Below are positions 37,113 to 46,746 of a stretch of DNA of 64,000 nt, in pieces. Positions within the stretch are counted from its first letter, which is position 1. The number at the start of each line of letters is the position of its first letter. Source of the DNA: Terracidiphilus sp. (GTDB lineage Bacteria; Acidobacteriota; Terriglobia; Terriglobales; Acidobacteriaceae); contig DATFSO010000150.1 of NCBI GenBank assembly GCA_035262585.1, forward strand, positions 2,760 through 66,759, in the 5' to 3' direction. The position numbers and the translations under genes were made by a program. The notes below the pieces were generated by a model. It searched no databases. It worked only from the letters and a program-made list of their open reading frames with translations, and had not been told where the DNA came from.

Positions 37113-37795
37113 GTCGCATAATTCATCTGTCCCCGCGACACGGTGTGCACCGTAAGTACGCTTTTGCCCTTGTTGAGGCGAATGCGTGCGAGGTCGTGCG
37201 CGATATTCCAGTGATGCCACTGTCGCCAGGCCAGAGGGTCTGCCGCGTCGTACGTCGAGGCGATCGTAAGAGGTTCGGTCACCGGTTCGCCGTTCACATC
37301 GAGCGAGATCGTTCCTCCGCGATTCGAGGTGTACAGCAGATCGGCGGAGTATTCGCCCGCCTCCGCAACATCGACGGTGATGTTGAACCACTCGCCGGGC
37401 TCCGTCCACCCCACGTAGAGCAGCCCCTGTGGAGGTACGACCTTGTTGTAGGGATTGTCGTCGATCCTCGGATCGAGCCCGAATTTCGTGTACGAAGTGT
37501 CGACGCCCTCGTTCATGCGGAACTCGTTCAGGTAGATTCCATTCGCGGGGTTGAGCGCTCCGCTTCCGTTGTTCTTTGCATCGGTGTCGTGATAAGCAAC
37601 GCCCTCGCCGCCGAGGTCGTAATAAGCGCACATTACGGCGCCGGGAATCTTCTGCGCTCCGCCGTTGTATTTGCTGTCGTGGAAGGGCGTTCCCTTGTAT
37701 TGCGCAAGAAAATCCAGCTTTGGTGCGGCAATCGCAGCCAATAGTGCTGCGCCGCCACCAAACCACAAGAGCAGAAGATTGCATCGAGCTTTCAC
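37082..37795 (-). CDS. Exported carbohydrate-binding-module (CBM6/35-like) protein
   Basis: Signal peptide; YDLGGEGVAYHD, VGWTEPGEW motifs. Confidence 0.75.
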   Translation of the reverse strand: MKARCNLLLLWFGGGAALLAAIAAPKLDFLAQYKGTPFHDSKYNGGAQKIPGAVMCAYYDLGGEGVAYHDTDAKNNGSGALNPANGIYLNEFRMNEGVDTSYTKFGLDPRIDDNPYNKVVPPQGLLYVGWTEPGEWFNITVDVAEAGEYSADLLYTSNRGGTISLDVNGEPVTEPLTIASTYDAADPLAWRQWHHWNIAHDLARIRLNKGKSVLTVHTVSRGQMNYATFEFKRVKSS

Positions 37796-37834
37796 GGTCC
37801 TCTTTTCCTCACAATGCCAATCACGTCACTTCGC

Positions 37835-37855
37835 GGCACGACTAAACGTCGTGCC
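37835..37855. repeat. GGCACGAC-N5-GTCGTGCC palindrome
   Basis: Same arms at 54937-54957; degenerate copy at 41077-41096. Confidence 0.75.
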
Positions 37856-37923
37856 CTTTCACAGAACCCATCTATGATCAGTTCTGGTACCGGGAAGTGA
37901 TGAGTATAGCTCTTCTCGCAGGC

Positions 37924-38319
37924 CTAGCTCGCCGCTGCGTTTGCCAGCGCCTCGATCACTGCGAGGTTCGTTATCAGGTCTGCTGGAACGCTGTGCCGTT
38001 CGGCCAGATATTGCGCGCTGTTGTATGACAACGAGACCTTGCCTGTGCTGTTCACGGCAACAAGGATCTTCAGCGGCAGATCGATCGCGATGCTCGGTGC
38101 CGCGATCATTACCGGCGTCCCCGCCTTGGGACTGCCGAAGATCAAAAGCTTCGTATCCGGCATCGACATGCCGGCTTTGGCCGCTTCGCCGCTGTGATCT
38201 ACGACCGCAAACAACGTCACGCCCTTGGCGCTGAGAATCCCCTTGAGCCTTTCCACCGTCTCTGCGACGGAGTGCCGGCTAAGGACGGTCATGATTCCGG
38301 TCTCATTTGGCTGTGCCAT
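37924..38319 (-). CDS. DUF302 domain protein
   Basis: FAVVDHS..A, IFGSPKAGT, IDLPLKILV. Confidence 0.88.
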   Translation of the reverse strand: MAQPNETGIMTVLSRHSVAETVERLKGILSAKGVTLFAVVDHSGEAAKAGMSMPDTKLLIFGSPKAGTPVMIAAPSIAIDLPLKILVAVNSTGKVSLSYNSAQYLAERHSVPADLITNLAVIEALANAAAS

Positions 38320-38344
38320 ACACCTCTCCTTCAACTACTGCGCG

Positions 38345-38740
38345 CTATTCCCGGATCGTGACAAGATAGATCGACATTGCCAATCCGACGATGGCCAGAA
38401 AGAAGGCGACACCGACGGCGGGTGTCTTAGGATGAAATTCCTTGAGGTCACCGTGTTCCAGTCCGCGGACCAGATTCACGTGACGATATCCGGCAAGGAC
38501 GTTTACGAAGACGCCGGCAGCAATCAACGCTGTTCCGAACCATAGGGACGGCCCGAAGTTCTGCGCCGGCATTTCGTGGTTTACAAGTTGGATCTGACGC
38601 AGGAACAGACCGAATCTTGCAACGACGAACCCGAAACCCATCAGTGCCAATCCGGTGCGGATCCACGCAAGCAGCGTTCGTTCCGCGGCGAGATAGTCAC
38701 TGAGGCTGGCATTCTGCGACGAGGCCTTGGGGCTGTTCAT
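38345..38740 (-). CDS. DUF202/YidH-family membrane protein
   Basis: LAAERTLLAWIRTGLALMGFGF. Confidence 0.88.
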   Translation of the reverse strand: MNSPKASSQNASLSDYLAAERTLLAWIRTGLALMGFGFVVARFGLFLRQIQLVNHEMPAQNFGPSLWFGTALIAAGVFVNVLAGYRHVNLVRGLEHGDLKEFHPKTPAVGVAFFLAIVGLAMSIYLVTIRE

Positions 38741-38907
38741 CTGATTTGACCCTTGGGGTGGCGAAAACTCCGGAGATGCGATTGTAAAACGCGCGAGGCT
38801 CTTTCACCAGAGTTGCTGGTTCTCCCGTGCAGTTCCCCTGAGACGCGCATTCTGGCATCCCTGTAGAGTTGAAGAGGTATCCACCAGGTCTGCTGCCCTT
38901 GTCTGCG

Positions 38908-40965
38908 ATGTCCAATTCGAAAGATCTCGCTGAGGTGCTTCACTCGGTCTTCGGATTTGCTCACTTCCGCGCAAACCAGGAAGCGGTTTGCCGGGCCGCG
39001 ATTGCCAGACGCGACCTGTTGCTCGTGATGCCGACAGGGGCAGGAAAGTCGCTCTGTTATCAGTTGCCCGCGCTCGCCCTCGGCGGAACAGCCCTGGTGG
39101 TCTCACCGCTCATCGCGCTTATGGAGGACCAGGTCGCGAAACTCGCTGCGCTCAACCTGCGCGTTGCGCGTATCCACTCCGGCCTTGATCGAGCCGTTTC
39201 GCGTCAGGCTTGCGTCGATTATCTTCGCGGCGCCCTCGATTTTCTTTTCATAGCACCCGAACGTCTTCGAGTGCCCGGATTTCCTGAGATGCTCGCCAAA
39301 CGCCCGCTTGCGCTGATCGCCATTGACGAGGCTCACTGCATCTCGCAATGGGGCCACGATTTCCGCCCCGACTACCGAATGATCGGTCAGCATCTGCCCG
39401 CGCTGCGCAGTGGCACCGGGCCCGTACCTGTACTTGCATTGACGGCAACCGCAACGCCGACAGTGCAGGCAGACATCATTACGCAGCTTGGTATGAAGTC
39501 GCCGGCGCGCTTTATCCATGGATTTCGCCGGGACAACCTCGCGATCGAGGTCGTCGAGCTTTCGATGCCGGAGCGGTCGCACGCCATTTGCCGGCTTCTC
39601 GCAAAACGAGGGTATCGGCCTGCAATCGTTTACGCCACTTCGCGCAGGCAGTCGGAAAGTCTCGCTGAAGAGCTCTCGCAGCTGATGCCTGCCGCTGCAT
39701 ATCACGCGGGTCTCGACGGCGAGACGCGTGAACGCGTGCAACGCGCCTTTCAGTCAGGGCAGCTTGAGGTGGTCGTCGCTACCATCGCGTTCGGCATGGG
39801 AATCGATAAGCCTGACATTCGCACCATCATTCATGCAGGCCTGCCCGGCACGCTGGAGGGCTACTACCAGGAGATCGGCCGTGCAGGCCGCGATGGCGCG
39901 CCGAGCCGCACTTTCCTGATGCACTCCTATGCAGACCAGCGCACTCACGGATTCTTTCTAAATCGCGACTATCCGCCGTCCGATCATCTGCACCAGGTCT
40001 TTGGCATGTTGAGCGAAGATGCGCGATCGATCGACGACCTGCGTGCTATCTCAAAGCTCGGCGAGGAAGAATTCGACAAGGCGCTCGAGAAGCTCGAGAT
40101 TCACGGCGGCGCTCGCGTTGATTTCGCAGGCAATGTGACAGTCGGAGGAGCCAACTGGAAGAAGACTTACTCGGTGCAGGCGCAGCATCGCGCGGACCAG
40201 TTCGACAAGGTTCTGCGCTTCACCGAATCAAACGAGTGCCGCATGTCTCGATTGGTGCGTCACTTTGGCGATGAAGAGGATGCAGCTCAGCCGTGCGGCA
40301 CGTGCGATGTGTGCGATCCTGCCGGCGCTGTGTTGCGAATGTTCCGACGTACAACGAATGCGGAGCGCGCTCTGACCCAGAGGATTCTCGACGAACTTCG
40401 CTCGGTTGACTACAAAGCAGCCGGGACCTTGCATAAGTCCGTTGATCCCGCCGGCAGAATCGTGCGGAAGGATTTCGATGCCGTGCTTGGCGCAATGGTC
40501 CGCGCCCGCCTCATTTCGATCGAGGATGCCGAGTATGAGAAGGATGGCGAGGTGCGCCGTTACCGCAAAGTCCGGCTCTCTGAGCCAGCTCCTGCCATTC
40601 GCTCAGCGTCGCAGGTTGATCTCTTGATCGCCGACGGGATTGCCGAAGAGTTTGGGTCCGTTTCGGCTCGAAAGCCCTCGCGCAAAGTTGGGAAGGAGCC
40701 AAAGCGTTCGCTGGAGCCGGCCGGCGTCTCTCTATCTGCGGAAGGTGAGGCACTTCTCGCGCGTCTGAAGGAGTGGCGCGCTGGAGAGGCCAATCGTCTG
40801 CGTGTCCCGGCCTACTGCGTTCTCCACGACCGCACACTCACCGCAGTCGCGCTGGCACGTCCCTCAACCCCACGCCAGTTGCTTGAAATCGAAGGCATCG
40901 GTCCGTTGAAGGCAGAAAAGTTTGGCTCCGCGATCCTCGAGATATGCGGAGCCGATTATTCCTGA
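38908..40965 (+). CDS. recQ: RecQ-family DNA helicase with HRDC domain
   Basis: MPTGAGKSLCYQLP, IDEAHCISQWGHDFRP, YYQEIGRAGRDG, C-terminal HRDC. Confidence 0.92.
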   Translation: MSNSKDLAEVLHSVFGFAHFRANQEAVCRAAIARRDLLLVMPTGAGKSLCYQLPALALGGTALVVSPLIALMEDQVAKLAALNLRVARIHSGLDRAVSRQACVDYLRGALDFLFIAPERLRVPGFPEMLAKRPLALIAIDEAHCISQWGHDFRPDYRMIGQHLPALRSGTGPVPVLALTATATPTVQADIITQLGMKSPARFIHGFRRDNLAIEVVELSMPERSHAICRLLAKRGYRPAIVYATSRRQSESLAEELSQLMPAAAYHAGLDGETRERVQRAFQSGQLEVVVATIAFGMGIDKPDIRTIIHAGLPGTLEGYYQEIGRAGRDGAPSRTFLMHSYADQRTHGFFLNRDYPPSDHLHQVFGMLSEDARSIDDLRAISKLGEEEFDKALEKLEIHGGARVDFAGNVTVGGANWKKTYSVQAQHRADQFDKVLRFTESNECRMSRLVRHFGDEEDAAQPCGTCDVCDPAGAVLRMFRRTTNAERALTQRILDELRSVDYKAAGTLHKSVDPAGRIVRKDFDAVLGAMVRARLISIEDAEYEKDGEVRRYRKVRLSEPAPAIRSASQVDLLIADGIAEEFGSVSARKPSRKVGKEPKRSLEPAGVSLSAEGEALLARLKEWRAGEANRLRVPAYCVLHDRTLTAVALARPSTPRQLLEIEGIGPLKAEKFGSAILEICGADYS

Positions 40966-40991
40966 AGATGAAAGAACTGCAACAAGGTATC

Positions 40992-41172
40992 TGTCATTCC
41001 GACCGAGGAGCCGCGGCGACGAGTGGAGGAACCTGCAGTTGCCGTTCTGCCGTGCATTCCGCCTTATCAGTCGTACGCACGACTTGAAGGTTGTGCCCGT
41101 AAAAATACATGCGACGTTGGGTGCCTTGGGGAAGTGCAAGAAAGGCAACTGCTCCGCTCGGTCGGAATGACA
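40992..41172. repeat. 181-bp composite REP/MITE-like element with 16-bp perfect terminal inverted repeats
   Basis: TGTCATTCCGACCGAG / CTCGGTCGGAATGACA; inner GCAGTTGCC/GGCAACTGC; nested GCACGAC palindrome. Confidence 0.85.
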
Positions 41173-41203
41173 TGCACTGTTGGTGAATCAACTGCCAGTC
41201 TGT

Positions 41204-41734
41204 CTAGGTCACGCGCTCGATCGTCAGCGACTCGATCACAACGGGCTTGTTCGGCTTGTCCTGTGTGCCGCGCGGAACCTTCGATATCTTGTCGGCGATG
41301 TCCTGGCCTTCGATAACCTCGCCGAAGATGGTGTGATTTCCTGTGAGCCACGGCGTTGGCGCCACGGTGATGAAGAACTGGCAGCCATTTGTATTGGGTC
41401 CCGAGTTGGCCATTGCCAGCTTGCCGGGCTTATCGAACCGATGGCGGGAGCCCTTCGTCTCATCCTGGAATTGATACCCCGGGCCGCCCATGCCGGTGCC
41501 GGTCGGATCGCCTCCCTGGACCATGAAGTCGGGAATGACGCGATGAAAGATCGTTCCATCGAAAAGCTTGTTCGTCGACTTCTGGCGCGTACCGGGATGC
41601 GTCCATTCCTTCTTGCCTTCGGCCAGTTCAATGAAGTTCTTTACCGTGATCGGCGCGTCCGACTCAAAGAGGCGGGTAACAATCTTGCCTTCGCTCGTGT
41701 TGAAGGTTGCGTAGGTTCCAGGTGCGAGTGCCAT
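41204..41734 (-). CDS. Cyclophilin-type peptidyl-prolyl isomerase (cytoplasmic)
   Basis: [32 protein letters not shown]. Confidence 0.93.
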   Translation of the reverse strand: MALAPGTYATFNTSEGKIVTRLFESDAPITVKNFIELAEGKKEWTHPGTRQKSTNKLFDGTIFHRVIPDFMVQGGDPTGTGMGGPGYQFQDETKGSRHRFDKPGKLAMANSGPNTNGCQFFITVAPTPWLTGNHTIFGEVIEGQDIADKISKVPRGTQDKPNKPVVIESLTIERVT

Positions 41735-41804
41735 AGAAACTCCTGTCAGTTGGGATTCTCGAAGCCGGACTTCGAACAGGTGAGAGATCCGGGCTGAGTG
41801 TTGA

Positions 41805-42509
41805 CTATTGCTGAGGTTTGGTGGAGTGTTGCGCAGCTGCCGGAACCGACTGTCCTTCCGGCACAATCGTCACCTTCTGCAGCACGACCGGGGTAACAGG
41901 CTTGTCGTTAGGGCCGCGTTCTACGCGGGCGATCGCCTTCACGACTGTCATGCTCGCATCGTCGCACTGGCCGAAGATGGTGTGGCGCTGATTCAGATGT
42001 TCGGTTGGAACTTCAGTGATGAAGAACTGGCTGCCATTCGTGTTCGGCCCGGAGTTTGCCATTGCCAGGCGTCCCGGCACGTCAAAGTTCAGGTTCGGGT
42101 CGAACTCATCTTCGAACCGGTATCCGGGATCGCCCATGCCTGTGCCGGTGGGATCACCACCCTGAATCATGAACTCGGGAATGACGCGATGGAACACGGT
42201 GCCGTCGTAGAGCGGCTTGTTGTGCATCTTCTTTTGAGTTTGCGGGTCGGTCCAGTCCTTTGCGCCCTTGGCAAGCGCGATGAAGTTCGCCACGGTTTTC
42301 GGCGCCTGCTTCTCATAGAACTGGCAGGTAATGCGTCCCATCGTCGTGTCTATCACAACTGTTGGCCCGTTGGGGTGAATCGTGGCTGCGGCGGTGGCTT
42401 GCGGTGCATCGGGCAACGGCTCGGCGGGCTTGGTTGTGTCTTGCGCAAAGACGGTTGCTGCAAACGCTGCGCACAGGACGGAGGAGGAAGCCAGGAATCT
42501 GAGTTTCAT
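41805..42509 (-). CDS. Cyclophilin-type peptidyl-prolyl isomerase (exported)
   Basis: Signal peptide plus the same motifs. Confidence 0.93.
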   Translation of the reverse strand: MKLRFLASSSVLCAAFAATVFAQDTTKPAEPLPDAPQATAAATIHPNGPTVVIDTTMGRITCQFYEKQAPKTVANFIALAKGAKDWTDPQTQKKMHNKPLYDGTVFHRVIPEFMIQGGDPTGTGMGDPGYRFEDEFDPNLNFDVPGRLAMANSGPNTNGSQFFITEVPTEHLNQRHTIFGQCDDASMTVVKAIARVERGPNDKPVTPVVLQKVTIVPEGQSVPAAAQHSTKPQQ

Positions 42510-42580
42510 GACGAACTTGAGGGTAAATCATGCCACTTACCGGTTGCCACCATCGACGATGAACGATGTATGTTTATCGA

Positions 42581-44122
42581 ATGAGATTTGCACATCCGAA
42601 GAACTCCCCTGGGAGCGTAGCTGTAGCAGCCTGCGCTCTTTTGTGCCTTGGGGTCGCGCCGGTGCGCATTGCGGCGCAGGCCGACAAGGCGCCGGCCGCA
42701 GCCGAAAAACCTGCAGACAAGGGCGCACCGGAGAAACCCGCCCTGCCGCCCCTTCCCGCCGAAGCGCACTCGCAGCAGACGATCGTGCTCGAGGGCAAGA
42801 CACTGCACTATACCGTTACCATCGGTGCGTTCCCGGTGCGCGACGGCGACGGGAAGGTCGCCGGCGAAGTTGTCATTACGTCGTATGTCATGGAAGGCGC
42901 CAACCGGCCTGTCACCTTCGCTTTTAACGGAGGCCCGGGCGCAGCGTCGGTCTATTTGAACTTCGGCGCTATCGGTCCCAAGCATCTCTCTACCGGCAAC
43001 GAAGGAGACAGCCCGTCCGATCCGACTACGCTGACTGACAACCAGGGCACATGGCTGGACTTCACGGACCTGGTCTTCATTGATCCTGTTGGCACAGGGT
43101 TCAGCCGCTCGCTTGTTCCCGAAGCCGAAGCAAAAAAGCTTTTCTACAGTACAACGCCGGATATTCAATATCTGTCGCGCGTCATCTATGACTGGCTGGT
43201 GAAGAACGACCGGCTCAGTTCGCGCAAATACCTGATCGGTGAAAGCTATGGCGGCTTCCGCGGTCCGCGCATCACGCATTATCTGCAGTCTCAACTCGGC
43301 GTGGCGATGAACGGAGTGGTTCTTGTCTCGCCTTATCTCAATCCGACGATCGAGAACGATGGCGATCTCTCGCCGCTTCCATGGATGATGACGCTGCCTT
43401 CGATTACCGCGGCTCACCTGGAGAGGGAGAAGAAACTCACGCCCGAAGCCATGGCTGATGTGATTGCATACACGCAAGGCGAGTACGCGACGACTCTGCT
43501 CAAGGGGCGTTCTGACGAGGCCGCAACGCAGAAGATGATTGCCAAGGTTACCGAACTTACGGGCCTCGATGCGGCGTTTGTGAAGTTCTCAGGCGGCCGC
43601 ATTGATACCGGCGCGTATCTTCGCGAGGTTCATCGCGAACAGGGCAAGCTCGGCTCGGTGTACGACTCCAACGTCACGTCTTTCGATCCGTTCCCGTTCG
43701 CACCCGAGCAGCGCGCGAACGATCCGATCCTGGCGAGCATCATCGCTCCGCTGACCACCGCCATGGTCGACTTTGTTACTCGTACGGTTGGTTGGAAGGT
43801 TGATGCTCGTTACAACGCCCTCTCCTATGAGGTGGGCAGGAACTGGGACTTCGATAGCAAGGACCTGCGTAACGGCTCGGTGCCCGACCTGCGTCAAGCC
43901 GTCGCCGCCGACCCCAAGCTTCGCGTGATGATCGTTCACGGCTGGAATGATCTTTCCTGTCCGTTTATGGGATCGGTGCTCACTGTCAACCAGATGCCGC
44001 TGATGGGCGATCCTACGCGCGTTTCGGTGCATGAATTCCCCGGCGGCCATATGTTCTACACCCGTGACGACAGCCGAAACGCCCTCCGCAAGGACGCGAT
44101 GGAGATGTTCGCGAAGCACTGA
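42581..44122 (+). CDS. S10 serine carboxypeptidase-family protein
   Basis: FNGGPG, FIDPVGTGFS, GESYGG, GGHMFY; signal peptide. Confidence 0.9.
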   Translation: MRFAHPKNSPGSVAVAACALLCLGVAPVRIAAQADKAPAAAEKPADKGAPEKPALPPLPAEAHSQQTIVLEGKTLHYTVTIGAFPVRDGDGKVAGEVVITSYVMEGANRPVTFAFNGGPGAASVYLNFGAIGPKHLSTGNEGDSPSDPTTLTDNQGTWLDFTDLVFIDPVGTGFSRSLVPEAEAKKLFYSTTPDIQYLSRVIYDWLVKNDRLSSRKYLIGESYGGFRGPRITHYLQSQLGVAMNGVVLVSPYLNPTIENDGDLSPLPWMMTLPSITAAHLEREKKLTPEAMADVIAYTQGEYATTLLKGRSDEAATQKMIAKVTELTGLDAAFVKFSGGRIDTGAYLREVHREQGKLGSVYDSNVTSFDPFPFAPEQRANDPILASIIAPLTTAMVDFVTRTVGWKVDARYNALSYEVGRNWDFDSKDLRNGSVPDLRQAVAADPKLRVMIVHGWNDLSCPFMGSVLTVNQMPLMGDPTRVSVHEFPGGHMFYTRDDSRNALRKDAMEMFAKH

Positions 44123-44143
44123 CGAACAGAGAACGAAGAATAC

Positions 44144-44290
44144 AAGGGACCTGGGGAACGAAGGGATTAGGAAGGAAAGGGATTAGGAATTGGAACAGAA
44201 CTTCCGCATCGTTCTCCGTCTCGCAAGCTACTTCCTGCTTTCCTGTTTACATGTTCCCTTGGTCTTTTGTTCCCTCGGTCCCTGTTCTTT
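44144..44290. repeat. AGGGA(C/T/A) arrays and inverted TTCCCT arrays; the second set lies inside the CtaA-like CDS end
   Basis: aagggacct ggggaacg aagggatt.. and gttccctt..gttccctc ggtccctg. Confidence 0.7.
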
Positions 44291-45235
44291 CGGTTGCAGT
44301 GTCAGGCGCGCAGTGAGCACGACCAGTGCGGCCCAGAGCACGTCCGCGCCGAACAGGTGTGCAGTTTGCAGCCATACCGGGGCCAGCAACACGACGTCCA
44401 GCACGCCGAGTACGTATTGTACTGCAAGCAGAATCAGCACTAAGGCTGAGAGTCCGCGGTTATCCCAATGCGCAGAGCGCTGTGCGGCGCGTACCAGGAT
44501 CCAGATCAGGAAGATGCTTGCCAGAAACGCGATCGTCGGATGTGTCCAGCGCCATCGGACGAGCCAGCCGCTCGTGGAAGAGAAGTCCTGGGCCAGCGCG
44601 GAATTCAGCGACGTCGCCGGAAACAGCGTATCTCCCAAAGCGGCAAGAGAACCGGTGACGCCGACAATCATCACCATGAAGATGCCTGCCATTGCTCCGG
44701 CGGGCGCGACCAGTTTGATCGTGCTGGGAAGGTAACCTTGCTTTCGACTAAGCAGATGCGCGGTGAGCGTAAGCGCTGCCAGCAGCAGAAGCGTGTTCGT
44801 AAGGTGCATTGCCAGATACCAAGGGCGAAGAGGCGACTGGCTCTGGGCCGTCAACCCCAGTTTCACGAGCAGTGCGCCTAGGATCGCCTCAATCATCGTG
44901 AAAACCACCACGGCTGTTGCGGCCGGGCGCGCCAGGTGACCGCGAATGGTTCCCGCGAGAGTCCAAACCAGCAGTCCGACAGCCGAGAAGAACGATATGC
45001 CGCTGGTGATGCGATGCGTAAACTCGATGATCGTGCTTGCGTTTGCGGAGTGCTGCAGGACGGTGCCATTGCACAGCGGCCAGTGGTTCCCGCAACCCGC
45101 GCCTGCGCCGGTTGCGCGCACCAGCCCGCCCCATAGAATCACGGCGACAAAATATGCCAGGACCGCCCAGGCAAAGCGGCGGAGAGCTGGTGAGGGCAGC
45201 GGCTTGAGGTTTATCGGAGCTGTAACGGTGTGCAT
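44228..45235 (-). CDS. COX15/CtaA heme A synthase family protein
   Basis: GGLVRATGAGAGCGNHWPLCNG, IEFTHR, conserved His in TM helices. Confidence 0.85.
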   Translation of the reverse strand: MHTVTAPINLKPLPSPALRRFAWAVLAYFVAVILWGGLVRATGAGAGCGNHWPLCNGTVLQHSANASTIIEFTHRITSGISFFSAVGLLVWTLAGTIRGHLARPAATAVVVFTMIEAILGALLVKLGLTAQSQSPLRPWYLAMHLTNTLLLLAALTLTAHLLSRKQGYLPSTIKLVAPAGAMAGIFMVMIVGVTGSLAALGDTLFPATSLNSALAQDFSSTSGWLVRWRWTHPTIAFLASIFLIWILVRAAQRSAHWDNRGLSALVLILLAVQYVLGVLDVVLLAPVWLQTAHLFGADVLWAALVVLTARLTLQPKEQGPREQKTKGTCKQESRK

Positions 45236-45300
45236 GGACGGGAATTCTTCGCTCGACTCTCCAGTTTAAATCAATGTCTTCCCAGTTTGATCCGGATGTC

Positions 45301-45400
45301 CGGGTTCGCTGCGTCTCTCTTCCCCGCAAAAGCGGGCGTTTGCGGGGCCCCAAGTCACCCCAACAACGAAGACCTGACCTCCGCTACGCTCAGGGCGACT
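45301..45400. repeat. REP-like element with a CCCCGCAAA..TTTGCGGGG hairpin and a CGCTACGCTCAGG end
   Basis: Modules shared with 50400-50471. Confidence 0.7.
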
Positions 45401-45423
45401 CTTGACTGGCGCGGTTCGAGCCG

Positions 45424-46620
45424 CTATTCGCCGAGCAGCCGAACAACGTGGTTCACAATCATGAGATCTTCGGCCGGAGGAATCACGCGAACCTTCACGC
45501 GCGAGTTATCCGCCGAGATCACCGCCTCGCCACGAACGTTATTGCGCTTGGCGTCGAGGACAATTCCAAGGCCACCCAACCCTGCGCAGATCTCGGCGCG
45601 CGAAGCGATGTCGTTTTCGCCGATACCGCCGGTAAAGACGAGCATGTCGAGACCGTCTAGTTCGGCGACGTAGCTTCCGATCCAGCGTGCGATCGTCCAG
45701 GTGAATTTATCGACGGCCAGGCGCGCCTTTTTATTGCCGTTCTTGATCGCGTCGCGCAAGTCGCGCATGTCGTTGGAGAACTCGCTAACGCCGACGAGGC
45801 CGGACTTCTTGCTGACGACAGCCTCGAGCTTGTCTGCGGCTTCGACCGCATTGGGCGTGGTCTCGGAGATCTTCTTGAGGATGAAGAGCACGACGCCGGG
45901 ATCGATGTCCCCGGTGCGGGAGCCGCTGATGAGGCCTCCGGTTGGCGTGAGGCCCATGGAAGTGTCAACTGATTTTCCATTGCGGATGGCAGTGATGGAA
46001 GCACCGTTGCCAAGGTGCGCAACGATCAGCTTTTCGGGAATCTCAGGCTGAAGCTGGTGAATGATCGATTCGTATGAAATGCCGTGGTAGCCGTAGCGCC
46101 GCACGCCCATGGCCACATACTCGGATGGGATCGGCATGTGCGTGACAACTTCAGGCATGGTGCGATGGAAGTAGGTGTCGAGAATGGCGAAGTTTGGAGT
46201 GTTCGGAAACAGGCGCATGGCTTCGCGCATGATGTAGACGGCGATGGGCGTGTGCAGCGGCGCGAGGGCGGCATAGCTCTCGATTTCGTCAACCAAGTCC
46301 GGCGTGATGCGTTGGTTTTCCTGAACGGCTGGGCCGCCGCAGACGGTGCGATGGCCGATGGCCTTGGGCACAGGGAAGCCACTTGAGCGGAGCGCGTCGA
46401 CAACAAGCTTGAAGGCAACGGCGCGGTTCGGCAGTGGCGGCGCCTGGTCGATGAGTTTCTTGCCGTCGACATCCTTGATCCAGAACTTGCCGTTGTCGGT
46501 GCCGATGCCATCGACGGCGCCCTCAAAGAGCCTGGTGCGAGCGCCGTCCCCGGCTTCATACATTGCGAATTTGATGGAAGAAGAACCGCTATTCAAAACC
46601 AGAACAGGCAAAGCTGACAT
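45424..46620 (-). CDS. ackA: Acetate/propionate kinase
   Basis: LNSGSSSIK, LAPLH, RYGYHG.SY, AHLGNGAS, FTGGIGEN. Confidence 0.95.
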   Translation of the reverse strand: MSALPVLVLNSGSSSIKFAMYEAGDGARTRLFEGAVDGIGTDNGKFWIKDVDGKKLIDQAPPLPNRAVAFKLVVDALRSSGFPVPKAIGHRTVCGGPAVQENQRITPDLVDEIESYAALAPLHTPIAVYIMREAMRLFPNTPNFAILDTYFHRTMPEVVTHMPIPSEYVAMGVRRYGYHGISYESIIHQLQPEIPEKLIVAHLGNGASITAIRNGKSVDTSMGLTPTGGLISGSRTGDIDPGVVLFILKKISETTPNAVEAADKLEAVVSKKSGLVGVSEFSNDMRDLRDAIKNGNKKARLAVDKFTWTIARWIGSYVAELDGLDMLVFTGGIGENDIASRAEICAGLGGLGIVLDAKRNNVRGEAVISADNSRVKVRVIPPAEDLMIVNHVVRLLGE

Positions 46621-46694
46621 GAATGAAAGGCCTCGTGATTCTCTAGCGTAGATTCCGCAGCATCAGCCGCGCTGCGCGCGGTTCGCGGAGTTAG

Positions 46695-46723
46695 CGAGCA
46701 GGTCCCGTGCCAGGACCTGCTCG
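46695..46723. other. Perfect 11-bp hairpin between xfp and ackA
   Basis: CGAGCAGGTCC-N7-GGACCTGCTCG, with no U-tract. Confidence 0.6.
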
Positions 46724-46746
46724 GTGAGCGATGCGAGCGGAGTTAC

